Source: a virus
DNA length: 64,000 nt
Direction: 5' to 3' (one strand)
IMG/VR virus record: IMGVR_UViG_3300046518_000226
Coordinates: 30,123 to 94,122 of that record
Shown here: positions 55,001 to 63,975 of the stretch, piece by piece
How positions within the stretch are numbered: the first letter of the stretch is position 1
Layout of the letters: each line of letters starts with the position of its first letter
The notes under the pieces: generated by a model
What the model was told of the DNA's origin: nothing
Database searches by the model: none
What the model saw: the letters and a program-made list of their open reading frames with translations, nothing else
Translations under genes and position numbers: made by a program

Positions 55001-55540
55001 TCAATATCCGCGCAGTTTCTTCTGGGCGCGTTCTTCGGCGAGGTACTTGTAGAGCGCGGCCTTGTAACTGGCCTTGGCGTCTGGCTTGTTCGACATCCAC
55101 TCGCCAGCGACCTCGACATATTCGCAAGGAATGAGAACACTATGGATGCTGCGCCGTCCGCTGGCGTATGAACTGCTTCGCGGATAGCGAACCATGCGGA
55201 ATTCGATCCCCAGTCTTTCGGTGCAGGGGCGTTCCTGGAACTGCGGATTGTTGATGCCTAGCCATTCCTCGAAGCTGAGGCCGCAATCATCGTTATTGAA
55301 CTTGTCATAGTTGCTGCGCCGTGGCCGCTTCGGCAGCTTGTCCGCCATCTCGCCGTACACGATGCCATCGGTGGGGTGGTAGTTGCCGACGCGCACCTTC
55401 TTGTCATCATCCAGGGCGACGCCGATGTAGTGGCCCCGGTCTTCGAGGATGATGCCGGGCTTGCCGTAGGCGATGACTTTGCGGCCGATGCAGGCCGGAA
55501 CCCCGTAATGCTGGCGCACATAGGCGCATCCTGTGCTCAC
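55001..55540 (-). CDS. Hypothetical phage protein
   Basis: YVRQHYGVPACIGR..YHPT. Confidence 0.75.
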   Translation of the reverse strand: MSTGCAYVRQHYGVPACIGRKVIAYGKPGIILEDRGHYIGVALDDDKKVRVGNYHPTDGIVYGEMADKLPKRPRRSNYDKFNNDDCGLSFEEWLGINNPQFQERPCTERLGIEFRMVRYPRSSSYASGRRSIHSVLIPCEYVEVAGEWMSNKPDAKASYKAALYKYLAEERAQKKLRGY

Positions 55541-56157
55541 GCTGCCACCTCCGCTTCGATGGCGGCATCGATCTCCTCGGACTCTTTCTCGATCTCCCAG
55601 CGCTTCACCTCAGTCCAGCCGGCTGGGGCTTCCCACAACAGGGCGTCGAGGTCTCGGTCAAAGCACTTGCCGGCAGCTTTCTCGGCCTTGTAGGCGGACA
55701 GCTTCTCCGGATCGACATCCTTCCACGGGACGCTGATGAACCAGATGTTGCGCGGCGCCCCGTAGCCCCACATGGTCGGCGCATACCAGCGGCCGGCGTC
55801 GGTCAGCATCGGCAGCCCGGGTTCAAGGCCGGCCAGGCGAATGGCGTGCTCGATCGGCGCGGGAGTGGGCAGCGTTTTGATCTCAGCCCAGATGGCTTTG
55901 CCCGCCGGGGTGTTCTTGCGGGGAACCCAAAGACGCGTCTTCTTATCCAGGCGATAGACGTCTTTGTCCGGTGAATCGGTAAAGGAGAAACCTGCGAACG
56001 CACCGTTGTGGTCGTAGTTGTTCGATCTGGTTGCGCCATACTTCACCGCCAGCTCAGCGTAGAGCTTGCCGGCCGCGATGCGCAGCTCGAACAGGCGGTC
56101 GATTTCAGCGACAACAGGGCCTTCGGTGAGGCGGAAATAACGCTTATATACGGACAT
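55537..56157 (-). CDS. Hypothetical phage protein
   Basis: 206-aa ORF, coupled. Confidence 0.75.
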   Translation of the reverse strand: MSVYKRYFRLTEGPVVAEIDRLFELRIAAGKLYAELAVKYGATRSNNYDHNGAFAGFSFTDSPDKDVYRLDKKTRLWVPRKNTPAGKAIWAEIKTLPTPAPIEHAIRLAGLEPGLPMLTDAGRWYAPTMWGYGAPRNIWFISVPWKDVDPEKLSAYKAEKAAGKCFDRDLDALLWEAPAGWTEVKRWEIEKESEEIDAAIEAEVAA

Positions 56158-56172
56158 AGTCGTGGCCTTGGG

Positions 56173-56319
56173 TCAGTTTAGGTGGTAGCCGCCGCAGATC
56201 TTGCAGCGCTTCGGTCTCAGGGTGACGCGGTCGCGCCGGTAGATGGCTTGGCAAGCAGCCTCGGCACTCTCCGCACTGGCGAAGCGCTTGCGAGGGTGAC
56301 ACGCGTGGCGTTCTGGCAT
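56173..56319 (-). CDS. 48-aa Zn-ribbon-like protein; not in ORF track
   Basis: KRF...CKICGGYHL. Confidence 0.6.
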   Translation of the reverse strand: MPERHACHPRKRFASAESAEAACQAIYRRDRVTLRPKRCKICGGYHLN

Positions 56320-56324
56320 GGCGA

Positions 56325-56657
56325 TCAGCTCCCGTAGGTGGCGACGATCAGGTACACGTCGGCGTCGCGGCTAAACTCGCGTCGCAAGGTCTTGATGAAC
56401 TGATCATGGCAGTCGTCCATCAGGATGGTGACCGGGCCTTCCGCCGCCGGCTTGGAACGGCTGAACAGGCGCCGCCATCCAGTGGTGGGCACAGGCTTGA
56501 GCTTTGCCTTGACCGCTTGGCGCAGACCCATCGGAGTGGATTCGCCGCTTGCGTAGATGACAGGTCGACCACTCGCGGCAAGCGCGTCATTGATCAGGCG
56601 CAATACGTGAGACTTGCCGCATGCCATGTCACCGGTGAGCTTGGTTACTTTGAGCAT
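56325..56657 (-). CDS. Small P-loop-like protein
   Basis: GDMACGKS; ILMDD. Confidence 0.6.
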   Translation of the reverse strand: MLKVTKLTGDMACGKSHVLRLINDALAASGRPVIYASGESTPMGLRQAVKAKLKPVPTTGWRRLFSRSKPAAEGPVTILMDDCHDQFIKTLRREFSRDADVYLIVATYGS

Positions 56658-56710
56658 GTCCTTTCCTCTTGAGGGGTGCCCTGCAACCGGCAGGGCGGCG
56701 GGGTAGTCAG

Positions 56711-57289
56711 TTAAGCAGCCACGCGCTGCGGGAGGTTCTGGCGGGCGTAGCGGCTGATCAGCAGCCAGGTGATCAGGATCCCGCCGCCGATCGCGACAGC
56801 CACGATCAGCAGCACCAGTGCGACTTTCTGGTCGTCCTTGTCGCCCTTGAACAGGTCGCCGACCTTGCTGAACGCGTCCGGCACGTTGCTGGCGGCGCTG
56901 TACAGGTTGTGGGCAGACGCGAAGGTGTTCCAGGCGGCAGTGCCGATGTTCGCCATGCTGCGCTCGCGCCACGCTTGGATCAGCGAGTGAACGGTGATGA
57001 TCAGGCCGGTGCCGATGGCAGGGAAGATCACCAGCAGGTACCAGAGGCTACCGGCCGCCTCGGCGTACTGCTTCGGGAGGTGCCCAGTGGCGTAGCCAGT
57101 GAACACCAGCACCAGCATGATCACCGAGCTGAAGCCTACAGCGGCTTGAACCGCGCCGCACCAAGCGAGCACGCGCATAAAGCCACCGGCGAACTTGCTC
57201 TCGTACCACATCGAGCCGACTACGCGGCAGTTCCACCAGCTGATGACCAGGTTGAGCGCCAGCAGGCCGACGATGATGAGTGAAGTCAC
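56711..57289 (-). CDS. Multi-TM membrane protein
   Basis: Four hydrophobic segments. Confidence 0.75.
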   Translation of the reverse strand: MTSLIIVGLLALNLVISWWNCRVVGSMWYESKFAGGFMRVLAWCGAVQAAVGFSSVIMLVLVFTGYATGHLPKQYAEAAGSLWYLLVIFPAIGTGLIITVHSLIQAWRERSMANIGTAAWNTFASAHNLYSAASNVPDAFSKVGDLFKGDKDDQKVALVLLIVAVAIGGGILITWLLISRYARQNLPQRVAA

Positions 57290-57339
57290 ATTCCAATCCT
57301 CTTGGGAGGTGGGTGCCCAGCCGAAGCCGGGCGGGTTGG

Positions 57340-58020
57340 TTAGAAGAAGCCTGCCGCTGCGGCTTCGGCCTTGATCCAGTCGGCCAGCTTGCGGTGGCCG
57401 GTCACGTTCGGGTGCAGCTGGGTGCCGGTGGCCACTTCGTTGACATCGTAGTAGGCAGCGCCCGCACTGGTGCCCATCACCGTGTTTTCGCGGTGTGCGA
57501 AGAAGCAGACGGTCGGCTCGTCGTTGCAGGCCAAGAACATGAAGTAGCGGTAGGTGTTCAGGGTGTTACCCTGCGCATTCGCTGTGTCTTCACCGGCTCG
57601 CCAGATCGGATCAAGTACAAGGACTTTCTTGCCGTCAGCTTTGGCCCTCGCAATGATGGCTTTGATGCTGTTGGAAGTGTCGCCCCAGTTGAGCGCACGA
57701 CCGTAGTCGTTCGTACCGGCCTGCACGATGATGCCGTTATAGGCGCCGAAGTAGCCGGAAATCTGCTTGATTGCGTTCAGGGTAGTGGCGTTGTTGAACC
57801 CGGTTTGATCGGTGACGCCCAGCGCTGCACCAGGACTGGCGATGCTCTTAAAGATCACGTCGCGCTCGGCGCCGACCAGGTTCAAGGCCAACTGACTGGC
57901 AGTGCCCTGCGGTACAGCGGAGAGGATGCTGTCGCCGATGACAATCCACGTCTGCGATGCCTGGGCGTTTGCAGTGAGCAAGCCCATTGCGCAGATGAAG
58001 CCAAGGATGAGTTTTTTCAC
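57340..58020 (-). CDS. Exported SGNH/GDSL hydrolase
   Basis: Signal peptide ..ANAQA; GDS, G, GTND, LHP blocks. Confidence 0.88.
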   Translation of the reverse strand: MKKLILGFICAMGLLTANAQASQTWIVIGDSILSAVPQGTASQLALNLVGAERDVIFKSIASPGAALGVTDQTGFNNATTLNAIKQISGYFGAYNGIIVQAGTNDYGRALNWGDTSNSIKAIIARAKADGKKVLVLDPIWRAGEDTANAQGNTLNTYRYFMFLACNDEPTVCFFAHRENTVMGTSAGAAYYDVNEVATGTQLHPNVTGHRKLADWIKAEAAAAGFF

Positions 58021-58191
58021 GTTGTGTTGCCTCGTTAAGTGCGCAGAACGCGCGGGTTTTCGGGCGCTGGATGCGCCCTTTATTTTCAGCAAGGCCCGGA
58101 CTACTGGCCGGACTACTGGAGTTTGATTTCTGATGTCACGACAACTTCGGGGCGCCTCAGAACTCAGCTCGATGCGGCTGCCCCGGTACCG

Positions 58192-58220
58192 ACAAACCCC
58201 GCACTCGGCGGGGTTTGTTT
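58192..58220. terminator. Intrinsic terminator
   Basis: ACAAACCCCGC-ACTCG-GCGGGGTTTGT. Confidence 0.75.
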
Positions 58221-58233
58221 GAATCATGGTCGC

Positions 58234-58401
58234 TTAGCGAAGTCGGGCTACCTGAGCGCGGGCATCGGCGTTGCTGAGTTGGCGAATTTTCAGATGCTGA
58301 GCCTGAAATGGGGAGACAGGGGTGGCATGCAGAACGCGGGCCTTGCTGTACTTGTCGATCAGTTTTGCAGCGGTTGGCAGCTTCGGCTGTGGGTGCGACA
58401 T
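58234..58401 (-). CDS. 55-aa basic protein; not in ORF track
   Basis: AGAGG RBS; MSHPQPKLPTAAKLIDKY...; lies between operator and terminator. Confidence 0.65.
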   Translation of the reverse strand: MSHPQPKLPTAAKLIDKYSKARVLHATPVSPFQAQHLKIRQLSNADARAQVARLR

Positions 58402-58452
58402 GGGCGTTTCCTCTTGGTGATTTGTGTTGTTGATGGCGCAATTGTGCGCCCG

Positions 58453-58470
58453 TTACTCAAATCAGAGCAA
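58453..58470. promoter_or_regulatory. Operator-like palindrome
   Basis: TTACTCAAATCAGAGCAA. Confidence 0.65.
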
Positions 58471-58496
58471 TAGGCGCGTTAGATCATTGTGGAATA

Positions 58497-59024
58497 TTAA
58501 AACGGAAGTCCGCCGTTCAGCACGCATATCGATCCCGAAGGATCTCGCCCGGTGCCCTCGCAGTTCCAGCAGTCTGGCTCGTGGCACTTGCGGTCGGCGT
58601 CAGCGACGGGCTCGGCGATTTCCTTCCAGGGCCGCAGGGCAACCGGTGATCCAGCCTTGATCGAGGCATCCATGTCGATGCCGGCCGCTGCTGCTCGGCG
58701 CCGTGCCTTGTTGCCGTTGCCTGGCGTGAAGTCGGGGATGTCGTCGGTGGCTTCGTGTTCCGCGAGGCGAGCTTTAAGAGCGCGGATCTCCGCCCGAGCC
58801 TCATCCGCCGCCTCGGCCTCGACGCTGGCACCCTGACGGTAGCCGTCGAGCAGATTGAGGATCGCCAGCATCATCTGCGGACTGGCCACCTTCGAATAGG
58901 CGGTCTGAGCTGCGGTCAGCCCGAAGGCCGGATCCCACTCCGGCAGGTCGGCGATCGACTCTGCGCAAAGGCGACGCAGTTCGGCCTCGGTTGTCTCCGT
59001 CACCATCTTGAATGGCTGGTTCAA
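58497..59024 (-). CDS. Ead/Ea22-like protein
   Basis: ELRRL..ASPQMMLAILNLLD. Confidence 0.65.
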   Translation of the reverse strand: MNQPFKMVTETTEAELRRLCAESIADLPEWDPAFGLTAAQTAYSKVASPQMMLAILNLLDGYRQGASVEAEAADEARAEIRALKARLAEHEATDDIPDFTPGNGNKARRRAAAAGIDMDASIKAGSPVALRPWKEIAEPVADADRKCHEPDCWNCEGTGRDPSGSICVLNGGLPF

Positions 59025-59473
59025 TTTTTCAGCACCTCATCGGGGTCAAGGTTGAAGCGGCGACAGAGTGCAGTGGCGACGCCGGATCCCGTGCAGAACG
59101 TGTCGCGCACCAGTGACCAGCGCTGCAGGGTGTTGCGCCGGCTGCCGCTGATGCCGCGCATCACACTGGCGATCAGGTCGTGCTCGCGGATGTCGCAGCC
59201 GGAGAGGCGAAGCGTGCGGCCCTCCTCGTTCAGGACGCGCACCTGCTCCTTCAGAGCGTCGCGCTCAGCCTCGCCAGCCAGCAGGGCCTCGGTCAGCTGC
59301 GAGTTGGTGGCGCGCTCCGCATCGAGGTCGGCCAGCGTTTGGGTCTGGTCTTTGAGCTGCCGCCTCAGGTCGGAGGCGATCGCCTCGTTGGACGCGGCCA
59401 GCGTGCGCAGCGCCATGAACTGGCGGCGCAGGCCTTCGTAGGTTTCGTGCGGGGTGGTGTCGGCGATGGTCAT
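59021..59473 (-). CDS. Hypothetical coiled-coil protein
   Basis: RWSLV...GS..A..LCRRFNLDPDE. Confidence 0.7.
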   Translation of the reverse strand: MTIADTTPHETYEGLRRQFMALRTLAASNEAIASDLRRQLKDQTQTLADLDAERATNSQLTEALLAGEAERDALKEQVRVLNEEGRTLRLSGCDIREHDLIASVMRGISGSRRNTLQRWSLVRDTFCTGSGVATALCRRFNLDPDEVLKN

Positions 59474-60075
59474 GACTGCACCGCCGGCGCTAGGCTCTCG
59501 CGCAGCAGACGCACCCACTCATTGCGGCCGTTCGTGCGCTCGACCTCCTCGGCGTTCGCGGTCTTGTGGTGTTCGATGTTCTTGATGGCCCTGGCCTTTT
59601 GTTCATCAAGCCAGTCGATCCCACTCAGCCGAACGGTCGGCTCATCGTAGTGGGTGTACCCGCAGTCGAATTTGATGCTCTCCTCGATCTGCTTGATCAT
59701 GAACTCCTTCAGGCCGTCGTGCTCCTTGCTCGGTGCTATCCAGACGCGCACCTGGTCGAGCATGTCGGCGTACTTGGCGCGCAGGTCTTGCATTTCCTGC
59801 TTACGATCGAGGCGAGACTGCTCGTCGCTCTCATATTGCTCGTCCGCGCGTTGCTGGCACTGTTCGGGCGTCAGCGCTTCCAGTTCAGCCAGACGACTAC
59901 GTGCTTCGGCGAGCCGTTTCAGGTTGTAGTCGCTGGGTTCGAAACGCTCAGGAATCGGTGCGCTGGCTGGGTCGTCGCGCATCATGATCAGGGCGCCGAA
60001 CGCGCGAGCGCAGTTCCAGGTGAATTCCTCGAAGCTGATGCCGTCTTTGATCGCGGCTGTGTATCCGGTTGGCAT
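59470..60075 (-). CDS. Hypothetical phage protein (MPTGYT family)
   Basis: MPTGYT..F...CARAFGA. Confidence 0.8.
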   Translation of the reverse strand: MPTGYTAAIKDGISFEEFTWNCARAFGALIMMRDDPASAPIPERFEPSDYNLKRLAEARSRLAELEALTPEQCQQRADEQYESDEQSRLDRKQEMQDLRAKYADMLDQVRVWIAPSKEHDGLKEFMIKQIEESIKFDCGYTHYDEPTVRLSGIDWLDEQKARAIKNIEHHKTANAEEVERTNGRNEWVRLLRESLAPAVQS

Positions 60076-60118
60076 ATCCTTTCTCCAGGCCGACTGGCCG
60101 GTTTGGTGTTGGTGGGGG

Positions 60119-60625
60119 TTACGATTTCTGTGCCGCGGCGAGTTCGGCCGGAACGCTGACCACGTCACCGAAGTGGCTTTTCACGATGGCGCGGCAGGCA
60201 GCGATGAGCGGCGTTTCGCCCTCGCCACGACCGACGCCGCCTGGGAAGCCTTCGATTTTCGGCGGCAGCGTGCGTACTCGAGCGCTCACCGTAGCGTGCC
60301 AGCTCTCGTAAGTTTGCCAGATCCCGCTAATCCTGCCGGACTTCTCGTCAAGGTACGCCCGGTGCACATCATGCGGCGGTTCGAGGTAGACCTGGTTGGT
60401 GGCGATCAGCGGGCCGCCAATCTCCCAGTCCTCGTCCGGACGGTAGGAGCCGTGATCGTCTGTCCAGATATTGAAGAACGATCCGTCCTCGCGGAAGCAC
60501 CAGGTCAGCTCATCGCTCAGCCCTTCTGCCGTAGCGACGGCGTAGCAAAGTGCGGCGCCGCTCAGCTCGGCAGTTGCCACCTCGACCATGGGCGTGTCCG
60601 CGGTCAGTCTGATGTATGGGTTCAT
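60119..60625 (-). CDS. NinX/DUF2591-like protein
   Basis: LSGAAL..AVA, DW..GGPLI, GETPLIAACRAIV. Confidence 0.8.
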   Translation of the reverse strand: MNPYIRLTADTPMVEVATAELSGAALCYAVATAEGLSDELTWCFREDGSFFNIWTDDHGSYRPDEDWEIGGPLIATNQVYLEPPHDVHRAYLDEKSGRISGIWQTYESWHATVSARVRTLPPKIEGFPGGVGRGEGETPLIAACRAIVKSHFGDVVSVPAELAAAQKS

Positions 60626-60666
60626 TCCTTTCTCCAGGCCCCGCAGGGCCGGTCATGGGTTGGTGG

Positions 60667-61065
60667 TCATTTGCTCGGGGCGCGCGGCTCAATGAACATC
60701 GAGTGCTCACCGGCGGTAGCGTAAGCCGGGATTTTCAGCGCGTGCGAGTCCAGCGCGATATGGGTGCCGTCGCGGTACGGGGTATCGATGCTGTTGGACT
60801 CCGGCCAGACCAGCTGGGGGTTGCCGTGGCTGCGAACAGTGCAGCCCAATTCTTTCTCCAGCACATCACGCACTTTCTCGCCGTTTTCGTCTTCGCGGCG
60901 GATATCCCAATTTCCGAGCGGGATAACGATCAGGTAGCGGCAGGCCTGGGTGCCGACCGGATAACCTTCTGGTGGTGGTGCATCAGCGGGATCCCAGCGC
61001 AGCTCAAGACGCGGAACTGGCAGCTCGGTTGATTTCAGCAGCGGTGGGCGGGTTTTGGCGTTCAT
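60667..61065 (-). CDS. Hypothetical
   Basis: LPVPRLELRW; AAGG RBS. Confidence 0.7.
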   Translation of the reverse strand: MNAKTRPPLLKSTELPVPRLELRWDPADAPPPEGYPVGTQACRYLIVIPLGNWDIRREDENGEKVRDVLEKELGCTVRSHGNPQLVWPESNSIDTPYRDGTHIALDSHALKIPAYATAGEHSMFIEPRAPSK

Positions 61066-61096
61066 CCTTTCTGGCCTCCAGGCCGGTGGGTGGTGA

Positions 61097-61657
61097 TTAA
61101 AGGTCGGCGACGCCGAGACGCAGGCAGTTGCCGGCCACGTCGAGAACGATCGCGTCAGGCTTGTCACTCGCGGCGATCGAGGCGCGACGCTGGTCGCTGG
61201 TCAGCTGCGGCATGCCGGTAGTGAAGCGAGGCGTCAGCGCGCAAGAGACCTGGCTGAAGAACTTCGTCCGGCTGGCGGTCGGGGCGGCGATGATGACCGC
61301 GTCGACTTCAGGCCAGCGGGCATCCATCAGCACGGTCACCGTCACCAGCACCAGCATCTCGCCCTTGCGGAAGCGCTCGGTGTCCGCTTCACGCACGGCA
61401 TGGTTATGGCTGCCCAGCACCGTGGTGGCGGGGATGCCGGCGGCGATGAAGCGGGCGGCCGTGTGTTCGGCATGCTCCACGGTGTTGCAGAAGACGATGG
61501 CCTTCTTGCCTTCGCAGAGCTGGCGGTAGCGCTCGACGATCAGGCCGTCGATGCCGCTCGGCCCGTCAAACGTGATTTCCGGGCAGAAGAAGCGCGGCGC
61601 GCAGATGCGGCCTTCCTCGACCATTTTGGCGAGCGTGATAGTGGCAGGGTTGTTCAT
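61097..61657 (-). CDS. Stand-alone degenerate helicase C-terminal (RecA2) domain
   Basis: KAIVFCNTVEHAEH..F..G; motifs V and VI degenerate; GAGGAG RBS. Confidence 0.75.
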   Translation of the reverse strand: MNNPATITLAKMVEEGRICAPRFFCPEITFDGPSGIDGLIVERYRQLCEGKKAIVFCNTVEHAEHTAARFIAAGIPATTVLGSHNHAVREADTERFRKGEMLVLVTVTVLMDARWPEVDAVIIAAPTASRTKFFSQVSCALTPRFTTGMPQLTSDQRRASIAASDKPDAIVLDVAGNCLRLGVADL

Positions 61658-61836
61658 TGCGGCTCCTCGATGCGCACAATCTGGCGCGTGACGGTGATGG
61701 TGCTGCCATCGCCGAACCGGTAGCAGTCGCGATCGGCGCGGTGATCCCGGGTCATGCCGCTGCATTGCTTCTGAGCAGCGCGGCGGACGCGGTTGGCGGT
61801 GTGGTTCACGGCGGTGATGTCGGCGGCGATGGTCAT
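61654..61836 (-). CDS. Hypothetical
   Basis: Coupled ORF; YRFGDGS. Confidence 0.6.
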   Translation of the reverse strand: MTIAADITAVNHTANRVRRAAQKQCSGMTRDHRADRDCYRFGDGSTITVTRQIVRIEEPQ

Positions 61837-62954
61837 TAGCGCGGCACCATCCAGGTGGTGACCGGCGGCAAACCCTTGGCCGTGCGGTAGCTGTTATAGA
61901 TGCCGAGCTGTTCGGCATTGGCCTCGACAGCGGATCCGGTCTTGTTCTCGATCGTGAAGTCGCTGCCTTCGATCTTCTGACCGGTGAGCGGGTTTTCGAG
62001 GAAGGCATGCAGCGTGCGCGGCAGGCGTTTGATGCGGCCGACCATCTGCATATAGAGGCCGATCGAGCGCATCGGCCCGTCGACGCGGCGGCAGAAGTGG
62101 CGCTTGCCATTGGTGAGCGCGATCAGATGGCCCGATGGCCCGCGGTACTCGGTGGCCCGGGTGATCGGCTCGTAGTTGGTGCGCAGCAGGCCGGCGGACA
62201 TGTACGGGGCCAGCAGCTGATCCAGCTCATCGGTGGTGATGGTCATGATCGCGCCGCGAGCCAGGGCATCGAAGCGTTTCGCGGCCGACTGGATGATCGC
62301 TTCCTTCGCGACATACATCTTGAACGAGGCGCGGGCCGATGCACGAGCGGCGCGGGCCGGGCGATTGATGCGCTGGATGGTTCCCAGCTTCAGCGGCTTG
62401 GCGAAACCAGCGCAGGGCGGGCTGTCGGTCATGAAAATCGGGGCTGGCCTGCTGCGAGGGATATCGAGCACGTCGAAGCCTTGAGCGGCAGCGATAGCCA
62501 GTGGCCCCCAGCCCTCGAAGTCGTGCGGCACAAAACTGCTGTCGCCGTTGCCGGTGATGAAGCCGGACACGTCAGGCGGGTTGATGCCATCGGTGAGCAC
62601 GCCGGTGTTCACGCGGTACAGCGGGGCCTTGCCTTCATTGTGTGGGTTGACCAGCCAGACCTCAGCCTCGATCGCCTCAAGCGTCGCCTTGATCAAACCC
62701 ATCTGAACGTCGTGCAGCTCGTCGACGATGATCAGGTCGGTGCTGGAATCAGCGGCGCGGCGCAGCCAAGCGTGCGGGGTGACAAAGGTCGCATCCGGCA
62801 ACGACTGGCGCCAGTTGGCGTCCGCAACGACCATGTGCGGAACGATGACGGTGATGCGGCGCTCGGTGCCCTTGATGGCGTCCAGTGCGGCCGGGGCGAC
62901 CAGAAGCTTGCGGATGCCCGAGCCAGTTGCTGCGAAAAGGGATTTGCTGATCAT
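61836..62954 (-). CDS. Mosaic degenerate SF2 helicase-like protein
   Basis: AATGSGIR, IIVDELH, VLTDGINPPDV, YMQMVGRIKR. Confidence 0.6.
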   Translation of the reverse strand: MISKSLFAATGSGIRKLLVAPAALDAIKGTERRITVIVPHMVVADANWRQSLPDATFVTPHAWLRRAADSSTDLIIVDELHDVQMGLIKATLEAIEAEVWLVNPHNEGKAPLYRVNTGVLTDGINPPDVSGFITGNGDSSFVPHDFEGWGPLAIAAAQGFDVLDIPRSRPAPIFMTDSPPCAGFAKPLKLGTIQRINRPARAARASARASFKMYVAKEAIIQSAAKRFDALARGAIMTITTDELDQLLAPYMSAGLLRTNYEPITRATEYRGPSGHLIALTNGKRHFCRRVDGPMRSIGLYMQMVGRIKRLPRTLHAFLENPLTGQKIEGSDFTIENKTGSAVEANAEQLGIYNSYRTAKGLPPVTTWMVPR

Positions 62955-63023
62955 GGTGATGCTCCATGCGGGTTTCGGTACCGGCGAAGCCCCAGTTAAG
63001 GGGCGGTGGCGGTAGGTGATCGG

Positions 63024-63317
63024 TTAGCGTTGCGGCTTGGCAGCGGTGGCGATGTCGAAGCTGCGTGCGAGGTCTCGCTTCAGCGCTTCAATGGTGTCGT
63101 CGCTCAGGCCGTCGCGGATCACTACAGGCTGGATGATCTCCCGACCGCCCAGCGCAGACAGCTGTACCAGCACGCCGGAGGCCATCAGGTGCTTGGTGCT
63201 CGCCTTTGCCACTTCATGGGAGGCGTAGGTGTAGGCGTGTGCCAGCTGGCCTTTCAGCTCCATGTTCTGGCGCACCAGCTCTGCGTATGTAGGTTTCTTT
63301 GCTCGTTTCTGAGTCAT
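63024..63317 (-). CDS. Hypothetical, first gene of early operon
   Basis: GAGGG RBS. Confidence 0.75.
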   Translation of the reverse strand: MTQKRAKKPTYAELVRQNMELKGQLAHAYTYASHEVAKASTKHLMASGVLVQLSALGGREIIQPVVIRDGLSDDTIEALKRDLARSFDIATAAKPQR

Positions 63318-63382
63318 GGCGCTTCCCTCTCGGTCGGTTGCTGTCGAGCGTTTCTCGCTCTGTTGGGCCTATTGTGCCTGCA

Positions 63383-63400
63383 TTACTCAAATTTGAGCAA
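63383..63400. promoter_or_regulatory. Operator-like palindrome
   Basis: TTACTCAAATTTGAGCAA. Confidence 0.7.
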
Positions 63401-63689
63401 TGGCCCAGCAATAATAGTTTGTTCTAAGGGTATACCGCCGACTGAATGATTTCGGCATATGCCTGCTGACCTGAGCGCGCCTTCTATATAGCTGCCCGCC
63501 ATTTCGCTCAGCCGCCCACCGCTCACCTGGTGTCCGCCGCCAGCTGTTACCGACCACGCCGACCGCTCGCGCACGCTCGACCAGCTCGCCAATGGGTCGG
63601 CTGCCTCATCATCCCGGGTTGCCTGAAGCCCGTCGCAGACGTGCCGCAACGCGGTGACCAAGGGGTGTTTGAGGGGGCGGCGAGCGATC

Positions 63690-63975
63690 CCGTTACCGTT
63701 ACCCCTCTAAAAGGTAACCATGCGCAGATATGCATAAGCGCGCAGCATCTACGGGCGCTGCAAGGCCGAGTAACCGCCTCCGGTTACCGCGCCGGTTACC
63801 TTTGCGGGGTAACGACGAATTGCCTTGCAAATCAATGACTTAGCATTTTCGGTTACGGCCGGGTTCTGCTCAGATTTGAGCATCAGCCCAGCAATTACAG
63901 GCGGAATCCGGGTGCGGGTTACCCTGCGGTAACCGGTAACCAGAAAACAGGGACACAATATTAATAAAAGAATAG
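63690..63975. repeat. Origin- or pac-like iteron cluster with IHF site
   Basis: 11 GTTAC/GTAAC copies in 63692-63940; AATCAATGACTTA at 63830-42; operator copy at 63866-83; AT-rich tract. Confidence 0.6.

Noticed and set aside
740-62999. Long antisense ORFs (e.g. 740-2536, 10526-11938, 16623-18419, 47912-49447)
   Set aside because: Shadows of GC-rich codon bias opposite genes with clear motifs
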